Shown here piece by piece: positions 44,001-50,885 of a stretch of DNA of 64,000 bases. The stretch is from positions 12,043 to 76,042 of the IMG/VR virus record IMGVR_UViG_3300023267_000001; one strand, given 5' to 3'. The notes below the pieces were generated by a model, which saw nothing but the letters and a program-made list of their open reading frames with translations, was not told where the DNA came from and ran no database searches. The stretch comes from a virus (Duplodnaviria; Caudoviricetes). Within the stretch, counting starts at the first letter, position 1; each line of letters begins with the position of its first letter. The position numbers and the translations under genes were made by a program.

Positions 44001-44793
44001 AGGACTTGAACACACTCAATGCGTTCAAGGTATCAGTGGCATCCGTGGCGATATTGGAGGTGTCCTCGCCGTCGCTGATGATGACCAAAACTTTCTGGTC
44101 GAGTCCGGCTGCGTCCAATGAGGCGATGGCCGCATTGACGGCAACTTTGTAGCCGGTCAACTGCGCTGCGCTGGCGATTGAGTCCACCGCTGTAACCACT
44201 GAATTAACATTGGAGGTGATGGCGGCAAGAGGGGTGTATGCCGAATCATCGAACATTGACAGGCCAACCACATCCTTGGTCGCGTTGACCTGACTGATAA
44301 ACCGTCGGGCCGCAGCTTTGGCAAAGTCAATGCGTTGCGGATAGGCACCGCTAAACGCCTGCGTCATGGACTTGCTGATGTCCACCAAAACCATGAAGCC
44401 GACCTTTACTTGGTCACAGCAGTTGACGCCACCCAGCACGGAAAGGCTCGCGTTGGCTGTCATAATGCCATAGGTGGCGGTAATCGTGGTGACACCATCA
44501 TCTAAAGCCGTCGCATTGCCGCTGGAAGCCCCCACCACGGCGACATTGGAGTTGGAAGTGGTGAACACCGCGCTCGATGTCACATCGCGCTCACGGCCAT
44601 TGCTGACGACGTAGGCCTTGAACTGGATGCTGCCAAGCAAGCAAGACAGCGCGGACTCCGGCTTGATGATAAGCTGGGAGGAAATCCCACAGATGCCGGG
44701 ATTCAGCAGGGCAAAGGCTGGGTCATCACAGCGTGCGTCAACTGGCGGCGGCGTATTCGCGCAATTCGCACTGGTTATTCTTCCAAAGTTCAT
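41026..44793 (-). CDS. multidomain tail/adhesion protein (Ig-like, vWA, carbohydrate-binding, discoidin, P-domain)
   Basis: Big_2-like FTTSNSNVAVV; MIDAS DISKS..T..SDG; F5/8C WLQYKF..GSNDGVNF; P-domain ..PDGT..NGVWLLWVQD..G.I.SW. Confidence 0.75.
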   Translation of the reverse strand: MNFGRITSANCANTPPPVDARCDDPAFALLNPGICGISSQLIIKPESALSCLLGSIQFKAYVVSNGRERDVTSSAVFTTSNSNVAVVGASSGNATALDDGVTTITATYGIMTANASLSVLGGVNCCDQVKVGFMVLVDISKSMTQAFSGAYPQRIDFAKAAARRFISQVNATKDVVGLSMFDDSAYTPLAAITSNVNSVVTAVDSIASAAQLTGYKVAVNAAIASLDAAGLDQKVLVIISDGEDTSNIATDATDTLNALSVFKSSGGVVICLGVRAAGTPFSLLEAFSSGGFFLNSYNAVAAEAIEIFNGMKGYLCAGNCTPAGDTYVATGQLDYCAFKNWNVYGGNVDLIGNGLLDFLPNNSLYVDLAGSSSPHNGQFESKNSFALQSGHNYRLSLNLAGNQRYNGSPNTVNMRIFGRNNDGLTNPSIAPALTVNESGAPLGDTPTYKYVYTYTNAYGETIGSPVSSATPTGDTATISVQTTANPSATAINIYRTTGQSPDSPYYLIATIANTAPVYVDHMNMADMQAAILLNTISACAIVPTQNTTGSQVDYLNQSFTINNYQQGFTPQSFSFVAPDNVNVWIRFQQTATPAAAPAAGLLLDSVSFDDATNIETLLFDDFSTENETYIPPACGIGSAYVPIGTGVVALIPPMTSDTTPSGVASASSHVPSHDGDPNLSMEPWKAFCGIPNAGPFDPHQSYWESAVMPAWLQYKFETPQLVTAYEFVGVDYDASPTSCSLGPKTWTFQGSNDGVNFVTLDTQTNYPWPDATCIQPPTRFQINNTQAFSYYRLNVSLATSGFNVFISGFQMFGGSPATYGYAAGYNCYGSGCLDTPPGVQLPDPSPLPSIEAGGYTPPTNYSSSQTACATCPSGGTQVTADNDAVGPNVKVEVSDGTYFDFTTPPILNIICFTFTMIATPNQFALSLYGSNDAVNWTKIYFTSNRGFAADVNGDITRPSQIQIASCGTFDPINYKYFKLVYDKSTTTLTAYSFGGLAFAATPELCKSATATSLISQADADTKAYNSALAAAQAAIQCINAYTATESYTANCPIGKTGQSVTKTANYTSLVSLLDAQTQALAAAKAAADAAISCTCVDISANGITINDIGKATPYPSVACVSGLTGLITKVTLAINGYQHQRPNDVSIILMAPDGTLVNVLRNVGGNVPVTGINLVLDDASGSSISGSTMVSGTFKPSQLGVFSAFPLPCPSGTPNLTLAAFIGKNPNGVWLLWVQDVSSSDTGAIGSWSLNISSS

Positions 44794-46790
44794 ACGTTGA
44801 TTGTATATGGGCCACAGAAGCCCGTGCGCGCGCGATTCTGGGCCGTGCCTTGGGCGAGCGAATTAGCGTAGTTGAGGGCTTGATTATTGGCATCGCTCAC
44901 GGATGTAAGCGAGGTGACGCTTCCCGCCGCGACATTGACCGTCACCGTGGACAGGCATTGATTTCCAAGCGAGCCAAAAACATACGAGCGGATTGCGATT
45001 TGCGGCGTGTTCTCAAAGAATATGGTCTGGCCGTTGCACACGAGTTCGGTTTGAGCCTGCGTCTTGGCCGAGTTGAGAGCCTTTGAATTGGCATCGGACT
45101 GCGACAAATCAGAGCTAAACGTGTGTTGCGACACGGTTTTAGTGACCGGCGTTCCAGTTTGACCGGACGGGCAGCTTGCGGTGTAAGATTGTTCGGCGTT
45201 CCAGAACGTGCAGACAAGCAGGGCTTGGGCTTGGGCCTGCGCAGATGCCAAAGCCTGCGCGTCGGCGTCAGCCTGCGAGATTACAGAGGTGAACTGACCG
45301 GCAGGGATGTTGACCGTTTGCGGGATTCCATCCGGCGTCGGAGAGCCTTGGCAGACCGCCGTGAAGCTCTGTGGCGTGTTGAGATAGGTTGTCTGGCCAC
45401 CGGAGCAATTCAACTGCGCCAAGGCTTGCTGCTGCGCCTGCTGTAATGCGCGGGCGTCCGCGTCTGATTGCGATGTCGAACTGGCCACCAGTCCGTCTTG
45501 AATCGTGATGGTGACAGAATTTCCAGTCTGACCAGCAGGACAATTAGCCGTGAATGTCTGCTTCGAGTTGTAATACAGCGCGCCGGAAGCAGCCGGATTG
45601 GACTGACGGGCGAAGCTGGGTTCGTTGTTGTCGCGGATTCGCGTTTCCTCGCGGCATTCGTGAATCATGGTCGCCAGAGTGTCGGCGTATTCCGCCTGCG
45701 CGCCTGCCGCTGATTCAGGGTCTTTGTCGAAATATTGAAAATGGTCGCGGCGAACAAAGGCGCGGATGGCCTTAGCTAGATTCGGGTCATCATCAATCGG
45801 GTCGGCATCAGCCCATGTGCGCTTGATGCCATCCCACTTCACAATAACTGTTTCGGTGCTTTGGATGAATGGAGCGATGTAAATCTTGCCGCGTTCCGTT
45901 GCCCACAATCCATATTGTGAGCGAAACCTCTTGTCTGTGTCAGCCTGTGGATAATGATAACCCAATGGCAAAATTGGCAGTCCCGCAGGCACGTTGGCAT
46001 CAGTCGGAGTCGGCGGCTTTAAATCAAAGAAGCTCCACCAGTTGAGGCACCCCCTGATTTCAAGCGAGCGCTTCCAATACTTTTGGACGTAAGCGGGTTC
46101 CGTCTGGCGATACTGGATTTCTGAACACCAATCATCGGTTTGCGTCGTGACATCCAGCGGATTGAACTGACGCACGTTGACGCCGATGGTTGCACCACCT
46201 GATTCCACTTCGGGAATGTTGAAGGGCGTGACAGCAACAAAAACATTGGTGCCAATCAGCGTGTTGATTTGCTGAATCTGGCTGGTTTCACAATCGGAAA
46301 GATAGACGTTGCGCGAGAAGGTTTTAATCTTGGACTCGGCGTCAGTATAGGTGACATCCACCTTGAAATACTGTTTGACCGGAGTGCCGCATTTTGAACC
46401 TTGGCCGGTGATTTCGACCACGTATAAATCTGAACTCGGAATCGCGCCGATTGAAACAGGCAGAATGGCGGCGTCGAGAATGTCAGCGGCGATTGCGGTT
46501 GTCAGGACGATTGTTCCAGTGGGAGGTGGCGCGGGAGTCGCATTGATTACGGAAACTTTTTTGATGTGCCCGCGAGGTGCGTCGAAAGTCGTTATGCCGC
46601 AGTTGTAGAACGTGGCGCACTGGGGGAAGATGGAGGTGTTGTCTTGGCGCGCGCAGTCCACGTAGGATTGAATGTCGATGATGGCGGCGAGAAACGCGGC
46701 GTCGTGAGCCAACACAAGCGAAGATGCTTCGCCAGTTGGAAAAATAATCTTCCGCGCCTCGCTTTTAAGATTTCCCCACGTGGTCGCCAT
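44790..46790 (-). CDS. putative tail adaptor with C-terminal DUF5977-like repeats
   Basis: three to four repeats of Y/W-N-x-x-Q-x-x-T-A-x-C..G..V..S..SQxDA..A..A..C. Confidence 0.65.
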   Translation of the reverse strand: MATTWGNLKSEARKIIFPTGEASSLVLAHDAAFLAAIIDIQSYVDCARQDNTSIFPQCATFYNCGITTFDAPRGHIKKVSVINATPAPPPTGTIVLTTAIAADILDAAILPVSIGAIPSSDLYVVEITGQGSKCGTPVKQYFKVDVTYTDAESKIKTFSRNVYLSDCETSQIQQINTLIGTNVFVAVTPFNIPEVESGGATIGVNVRQFNPLDVTTQTDDWCSEIQYRQTEPAYVQKYWKRSLEIRGCLNWWSFFDLKPPTPTDANVPAGLPILPLGYHYPQADTDKRFRSQYGLWATERGKIYIAPFIQSTETVIVKWDGIKRTWADADPIDDDPNLAKAIRAFVRRDHFQYFDKDPESAAGAQAEYADTLATMIHECREETRIRDNNEPSFARQSNPAASGALYYNSKQTFTANCPAGQTGNSVTITIQDGLVASSTSQSDADARALQQAQQQALAQLNCSGGQTTYLNTPQSFTAVCQGSPTPDGIPQTVNIPAGQFTSVISQADADAQALASAQAQAQALLVCTFWNAEQSYTASCPSGQTGTPVTKTVSQHTFSSDLSQSDANSKALNSAKTQAQTELVCNGQTIFFENTPQIAIRSYVFGSLGNQCLSTVTVNVAAGSVTSLTSVSDANNQALNYANSLAQGTAQNRARTGFCGPYTINV

Positions 46791-47242
46791 TACGTTACAG
46801 TCGCTTTCTTAGTGGGTTGACCGGCTGGGGGGCGAAATGGGGAGATTTCTGCAAGCGTGTTAGCGGCAGGCTGAACTGGACTTGCGGACTGAACTTGATT
46901 TTCAGTGGCAACCGCAACCGCTGGCTTTTTGTGGCCGAGTGACGGGAGGACTCGAAGCCTCTCTGGTTGCGATAAAGGCGCGTAGGTTTTCCCGTTCTCG
47001 TTTTTTTTTATGGCATTGTATTCTTCCTCGCCCACTTCAATGATTCCTCCACGACGCTTCTCAATCGCGGATTTCAAGACGGCAATGAGTTCATCATCCC
47101 TTCCTTCTTCAAGACGGATGACGCCTTGGTTGGAGGAGTTCGCCTCAAATGGAACCGGCGCGTTCTTGAAGAAGAAGGGATTTGAAACTAATTCTTTTTG
47201 AAAATAGCGAACTTTACTCATTTGCTGTGACATTAAATCCAT
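46790..47242 (-). CDS. hypothetical virion morphogenesis protein
   Basis: directly downstream of the capsid gene and terminator. Confidence 0.6.
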   Translation of the reverse strand: MDLMSQQMSKVRYFQKELVSNPFFFKNAPVPFEANSSNQGVIRLEEGRDDELIAVLKSAIEKRRGGIIEVGEEEYNAIKKNENGKTYAPLSQPERLRVLPSLGHKKPAVAVATENQVQSASPVQPAANTLAEISPFRPPAGQPTKKATVT

Positions 47243-47260
47243 TCAGTTTTGTTTGCAATG

Positions 47261-47294
47261 AAAAACAGCGCACCCAACTAAGAGTGCGCTGTTT
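47261..47294 (-). terminator. rho-independent terminator after the major capsid gene
   Basis: 11-bp stem AAACAGCGCAC/GTGCGCTGTTT, with the U-tract on the minus strand. Confidence 0.8.
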
Positions 47295-47312
47295 AACCCC
47301 AACACCGAAAAC

Positions 47313-49031
47313 TTAGTGGTAGGTCGTGGTGGTCGTGGTTCCAGAACCGCCATACTGAGCGCCATTGTCCACTATCGAGATTTCATCCGAAGTCCAGTTT
47401 TCCAAAATTAGTGAACTTTTTGGACACTCAACAACCACCGTGTAAGTCATCGAGTTCAACGTCTGTTGGCGCGTCGGAACTTTCATCACACACGCGAAAT
47501 CAGGATTCGCAGCGGCAAGCGTTTTCAAGTCGCCCGTGTTCTGCACCACGCGATTGGTGGCGATGATGCCCGGATAGATACCGGCGAAGTCCAGCACCCA
47601 CAACACGCGGGCGATGTCGCCCTGTTGCTTCTGGTTCGCAGCCGAAACGTAATCGTCAAAGAAATAATGCGTGACGATGTTCATCTTGATATTCGGCCAT
47701 TGCAGCGGATAGCTGCGGTAGGCGAAACCGAATTCCGCTTCCTTCGTCTGCAACGCAGTCGGTGTGTTGTATTCACGCACCGGATTGTTGATGTCCAGCG
47801 TCATGCGCAGAGTGTTGTTCGTCTTGCCCTGATAATACAGAATCATGGCTTGGTTGATGGCCTCGGCGGTCACGGAATCCGTGAAGATGTCGATGACACC
47901 GAATTTGCCGTTGTTTCCCTGACGGACGCGCATGATGTCATACAGCGCGCGGAACAGCGCGGGCAGGTTCAATCCACCGCCCTGCAAGTCAACCACGCGG
48001 TCGCATTGGGCCAACTGCTCGTAGATGCCAACCACGTTGGCGCGACGGCCTTGGCAGGTTCCACCATCGACACCGAGGCCGAACGCGGAGCCATCGTAGG
48101 CGTCGATTTCTTCCAAGCTGTTATATGCGGCCAACGTCTGATTCGGCAGCGGCTTGGAGAAAAACATGTTGTGGACGACCTGTTTCTGGAAGTCGCGGCC
48201 CAACTGTTTGTTGCGCTGGATGTCGTCGAGGTCGCCGAACTCCGCGTAGAGCGGGTTGTTTTCGAGGAGCAGCTTGCGCCACTTGTCGTAGTTCGAGGAT
48301 TTGCACAACGAATTGCGCGTGGTTTCAAACCAGAACTCGGTGTTTTTCCAGTTGATGTAGGCTGGGCCTTCCGCGCAGAACTTCTCGTAGTCGTTCACGT
48401 TGTTCGTGCCGACCGTCATAATGCCGTTCACGGGGCTGGTCAATTTGTCAGCAGGCAGGAACGAGCCGGTGTTCTGCGAGGAGAGCGTCAGGTCGCCGGT
48501 GCCGTCGCCGTTATCCACGGCGGAAACCACCGACCATGCGGTAACAGACTTGGTGCCCGCGTTGGTCTTGCTGTCGATATAAACACGACGGCCAACTGGG
48601 AACAGGCGAACATCCATCGGGATGTTCGCGCTGGAAACAATTTCAACCACCCAGTTTGAGCCGGATGAGCGGCCATTGCCGACCAGCCAGTATTCGTTGT
48701 TGATGGGGCTGTATTGGCGGGCGAGGACGAAAGGCATGATTTCGATGGTGCCGCCACCGGAATTGCGGGTTTGCACACGCTTCTGCATGTTTACCTTGTT
48801 CGCCATGAAAAAGTCATACATGCCGTTCTGCTGCGCTTCGCACATCTTGATTTCCATGTCGTGATGGAGCAGTGCGTTCATCACCTTGTAATTGCCACCA
48901 GTCTGGTAGGTGGCGGTGAGGTCGCCGGTTTGCAGCGGGACGGCTTGGCAAAGAGTTACCGTGCCGCATTGCTTGATGTTGGTCGAAATGGACGGAGCGC
49001 ATTTCGAGAAGGACGTTGCATTAAGTGCCAT
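47313..49031 (-). CDS. putative major capsid protein (572 aa)
   Basis: portal-scaffold-capsid synteny, strong codon bias, downstream terminator; fold not verifiable by eye. Confidence 0.7.
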   Translation of the reverse strand: MALNATSFSKCAPSISTNIKQCGTVTLCQAVPLQTGDLTATYQTGGNYKVMNALLHHDMEIKMCEAQQNGMYDFFMANKVNMQKRVQTRNSGGGTIEIMPFVLARQYSPINNEYWLVGNGRSSGSNWVVEIVSSANIPMDVRLFPVGRRVYIDSKTNAGTKSVTAWSVVSAVDNGDGTGDLTLSSQNTGSFLPADKLTSPVNGIMTVGTNNVNDYEKFCAEGPAYINWKNTEFWFETTRNSLCKSSNYDKWRKLLLENNPLYAEFGDLDDIQRNKQLGRDFQKQVVHNMFFSKPLPNQTLAAYNSLEEIDAYDGSAFGLGVDGGTCQGRRANVVGIYEQLAQCDRVVDLQGGGLNLPALFRALYDIMRVRQGNNGKFGVIDIFTDSVTAEAINQAMILYYQGKTNNTLRMTLDINNPVREYNTPTALQTKEAEFGFAYRSYPLQWPNIKMNIVTHYFFDDYVSAANQKQQGDIARVLWVLDFAGIYPGIIATNRVVQNTGDLKTLAAANPDFACVMKVPTRQQTLNSMTYTVVVECPKSSLILENWTSDEISIVDNGAQYGGSGTTTTTTYH

Positions 49032-49187
49032 AAGTTTTTAGTTATTACTATGTGGCGTAAATCATGGCATATCCTGTCAAATAAAATCTTGGGTTTTTCA
49101 ATATATTTTCGACAACGCCAGAAATGGCACTCTTGTAAGAGTGTTAAATCCACGGCATTACATGGATTTAAAATGTGATTGTTCACT

Positions 49188-49226
49188 AAAACAAAAATGG
49201 CTATTCCCCATATTTGAGGAATAGCC
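49188..49226 (-). terminator. rho-independent terminator between scaffold and capsid genes
   Basis: GGCTATTCC/GGAATAGCC stem followed by ATTTTTGTTTT on the minus strand. Confidence 0.65.
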
Positions 49227-49245
49227 TTGAAAAAAACAGGTGTTT

Positions 49246-50586
49246 TTAGCCGTTAATGAAGTCGTTCAGGAATTTATCTTCCGGTTTTTCGACGCCATTT
49301 CCACCCTTTGCGGGCGGTGTCAGCACGGGTGCGGCGGCGGCAGGGGTGCGCGGTTTGAATGTCTCCTCCTCGATTTCTTCCGGCTCGTCCTGCTGGACAG
49401 GCTTGCGCTCAAAGCTCAATCCACGCGCCTTGGCCTGCGCCTCAAACTTCTCGCGCTCCTGCTTGATTTGCTGCTTGGCTGTGACCAGCGCGCGGTGCAC
49501 AAGCAATCGCTGGATGTCTCCAGCCTCGAACGTCCAGTATTTCTCACGCTCATCCGGCTTCAAGCGTGAATACTTGTCTGCCGCCATAAACGGTCGGCCA
49601 TCGGCATCACGCTGTTCGTCAATCGGCTTAGCAAGCATCTTCCGTTGTTGTGCGAAAACAAAGTTGCTCACCGTTTGATGCAGCGGGTTAGTATCGTCAT
49701 ACGGAGTCAGGTTGTTGAACAGTTTGAAGTTTTCTTCCACCAGACGTTCGGCGAGGTCGGCGGAATCAATGACGATTTTCGCCACCACGGGTTCGGTTGC
49801 CATCAGCTTCTTGCCAACCTCGGCGTCGATTGAGCCATCGGCTTTCAGCAGGTTCTCAAACCCATCTTCTGAAAGATTGGAGAAGAACTCCTTTGCGCCT
49901 TCCGTGCGGATGGCTTCGATGGCGCCCGCGCTCTGGCGCAACTTCTCGTGCTGGTCAAGGCGTTCAAATTTCTCGTTCGTCTCCGACTTGAACTTGTTGA
50001 TTTTCTCATCAGCGCGGATGTCGGCCACGGCGTCGGTGTAATGCTCGTCATCCCAATCCAGACCGGCCTCAATGCCCTTTTTGAAGTCGGCGTGTTCTTC
50101 GGCGTCCTCATCGAAGTTCTTGCCGGGATTTTCCTTTTCCCAGCTCTCGGCGTATTCAGCGAGCTTGGTCAGGGACTTCTCATACTTTTCCGCCAGCCCG
50201 CCATATTTGTTCGGGTTCAACTGCTCCATGCGTTTAAGCGTGTTGATGCGCTTCTGCTCGTCGGCAGGCAGTTTTGATTCAGCAGGCTTGGCCGGTTCGG
50301 GTTCAGTTTTTTCAACCGCCTTGGAAAATCCACGCGCAGCCGCCTCGGTGATTTGTTCAGCGGTCAACGGAGCCGGTGTGGGTGCGGTTTTTTTCTTGGC
50401 CTGCTTTGCTGGCTTCTTGGGTTCAGTTTTTTCAGCCTCTTGATTTTCAATCTCGCCGTTTTCAGGTGCAACGGCGTCAGGTTTCTTTTGGGGCTTGGGT
50501 TCGGTTTCGCGGCCAAGAAATTCGTTTGTGAACGATTCAATAGCCTTTTCATCTGCTGGCGGTGCGTTTTCGGCTTCGGTTTTCAT
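49246..50586 (-). CDS. putative capsid scaffolding protein
   Basis: highly charged E/K/A/P-rich helical protein upstream of the capsid gene. Confidence 0.7.
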   Translation of the reverse strand: MKTEAENAPPADEKAIESFTNEFLGRETEPKPQKKPDAVAPENGEIENQEAEKTEPKKPAKQAKKKTAPTPAPLTAEQITEAAARGFSKAVEKTEPEPAKPAESKLPADEQKRINTLKRMEQLNPNKYGGLAEKYEKSLTKLAEYAESWEKENPGKNFDEDAEEHADFKKGIEAGLDWDDEHYTDAVADIRADEKINKFKSETNEKFERLDQHEKLRQSAGAIEAIRTEGAKEFFSNLSEDGFENLLKADGSIDAEVGKKLMATEPVVAKIVIDSADLAERLVEENFKLFNNLTPYDDTNPLHQTVSNFVFAQQRKMLAKPIDEQRDADGRPFMAADKYSRLKPDEREKYWTFEAGDIQRLLVHRALVTAKQQIKQEREKFEAQAKARGLSFERKPVQQDEPEEIEEETFKPRTPAAAAPVLTPPAKGGNGVEKPEDKFLNDFING

Positions 50587-50885
50587 GTGTTGTTGGGGGT
50601 TACTGTTTTGGTCACTACAAAATCAAACGACTTGGATTCCTTCATCTCACGCAACACCTCAAGCGTGGTCTGGTATCGCAAAGCCTGTTTTAATTCGGCC
50701 TCGGATGATTCTTTCTTTGCCTCAAAAGTCTTGGCCTCCAGTGCTAGTTTTATAGCCTCAACGGAGTGCTTGGTCTGCTTTCCGAGGATGGCTTCTTCCA
50801 ACAGCTTGAAGCCGGATTCTTTGAAAATCTGGTGGACGGCTTTTACATTGCCGACCTCGTAGGGTGTCTCCGTGACGGTAATCAT
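50583..50885 (-). CDS. small conserved head-module protein
   Basis: ATGA overlaps with portal and scaffold. Confidence 0.65.
   Translation of the reverse strand: MITVTETPYEVGNVKAVHQIFKESGFKLLEEAILGKQTKHSVEAIKLALEAKTFEAKKESSEAELKQALRYQTTLEVLREMKESKSFDFVVTKTVTPNNT

Noticed and set aside
41026-46790. Diversity-generating retroelement TR/VR pair
   Set aside because: Repeats are diverged protein repeats, not adenine-specific variants, and no reverse transcriptase is present
47466-48659. 397-aa plus-strand ORF antisense to the capsid gene
   Set aside because: Shadow ORF expected from the strong codon bias of a highly expressed gene; no motifs and no start context
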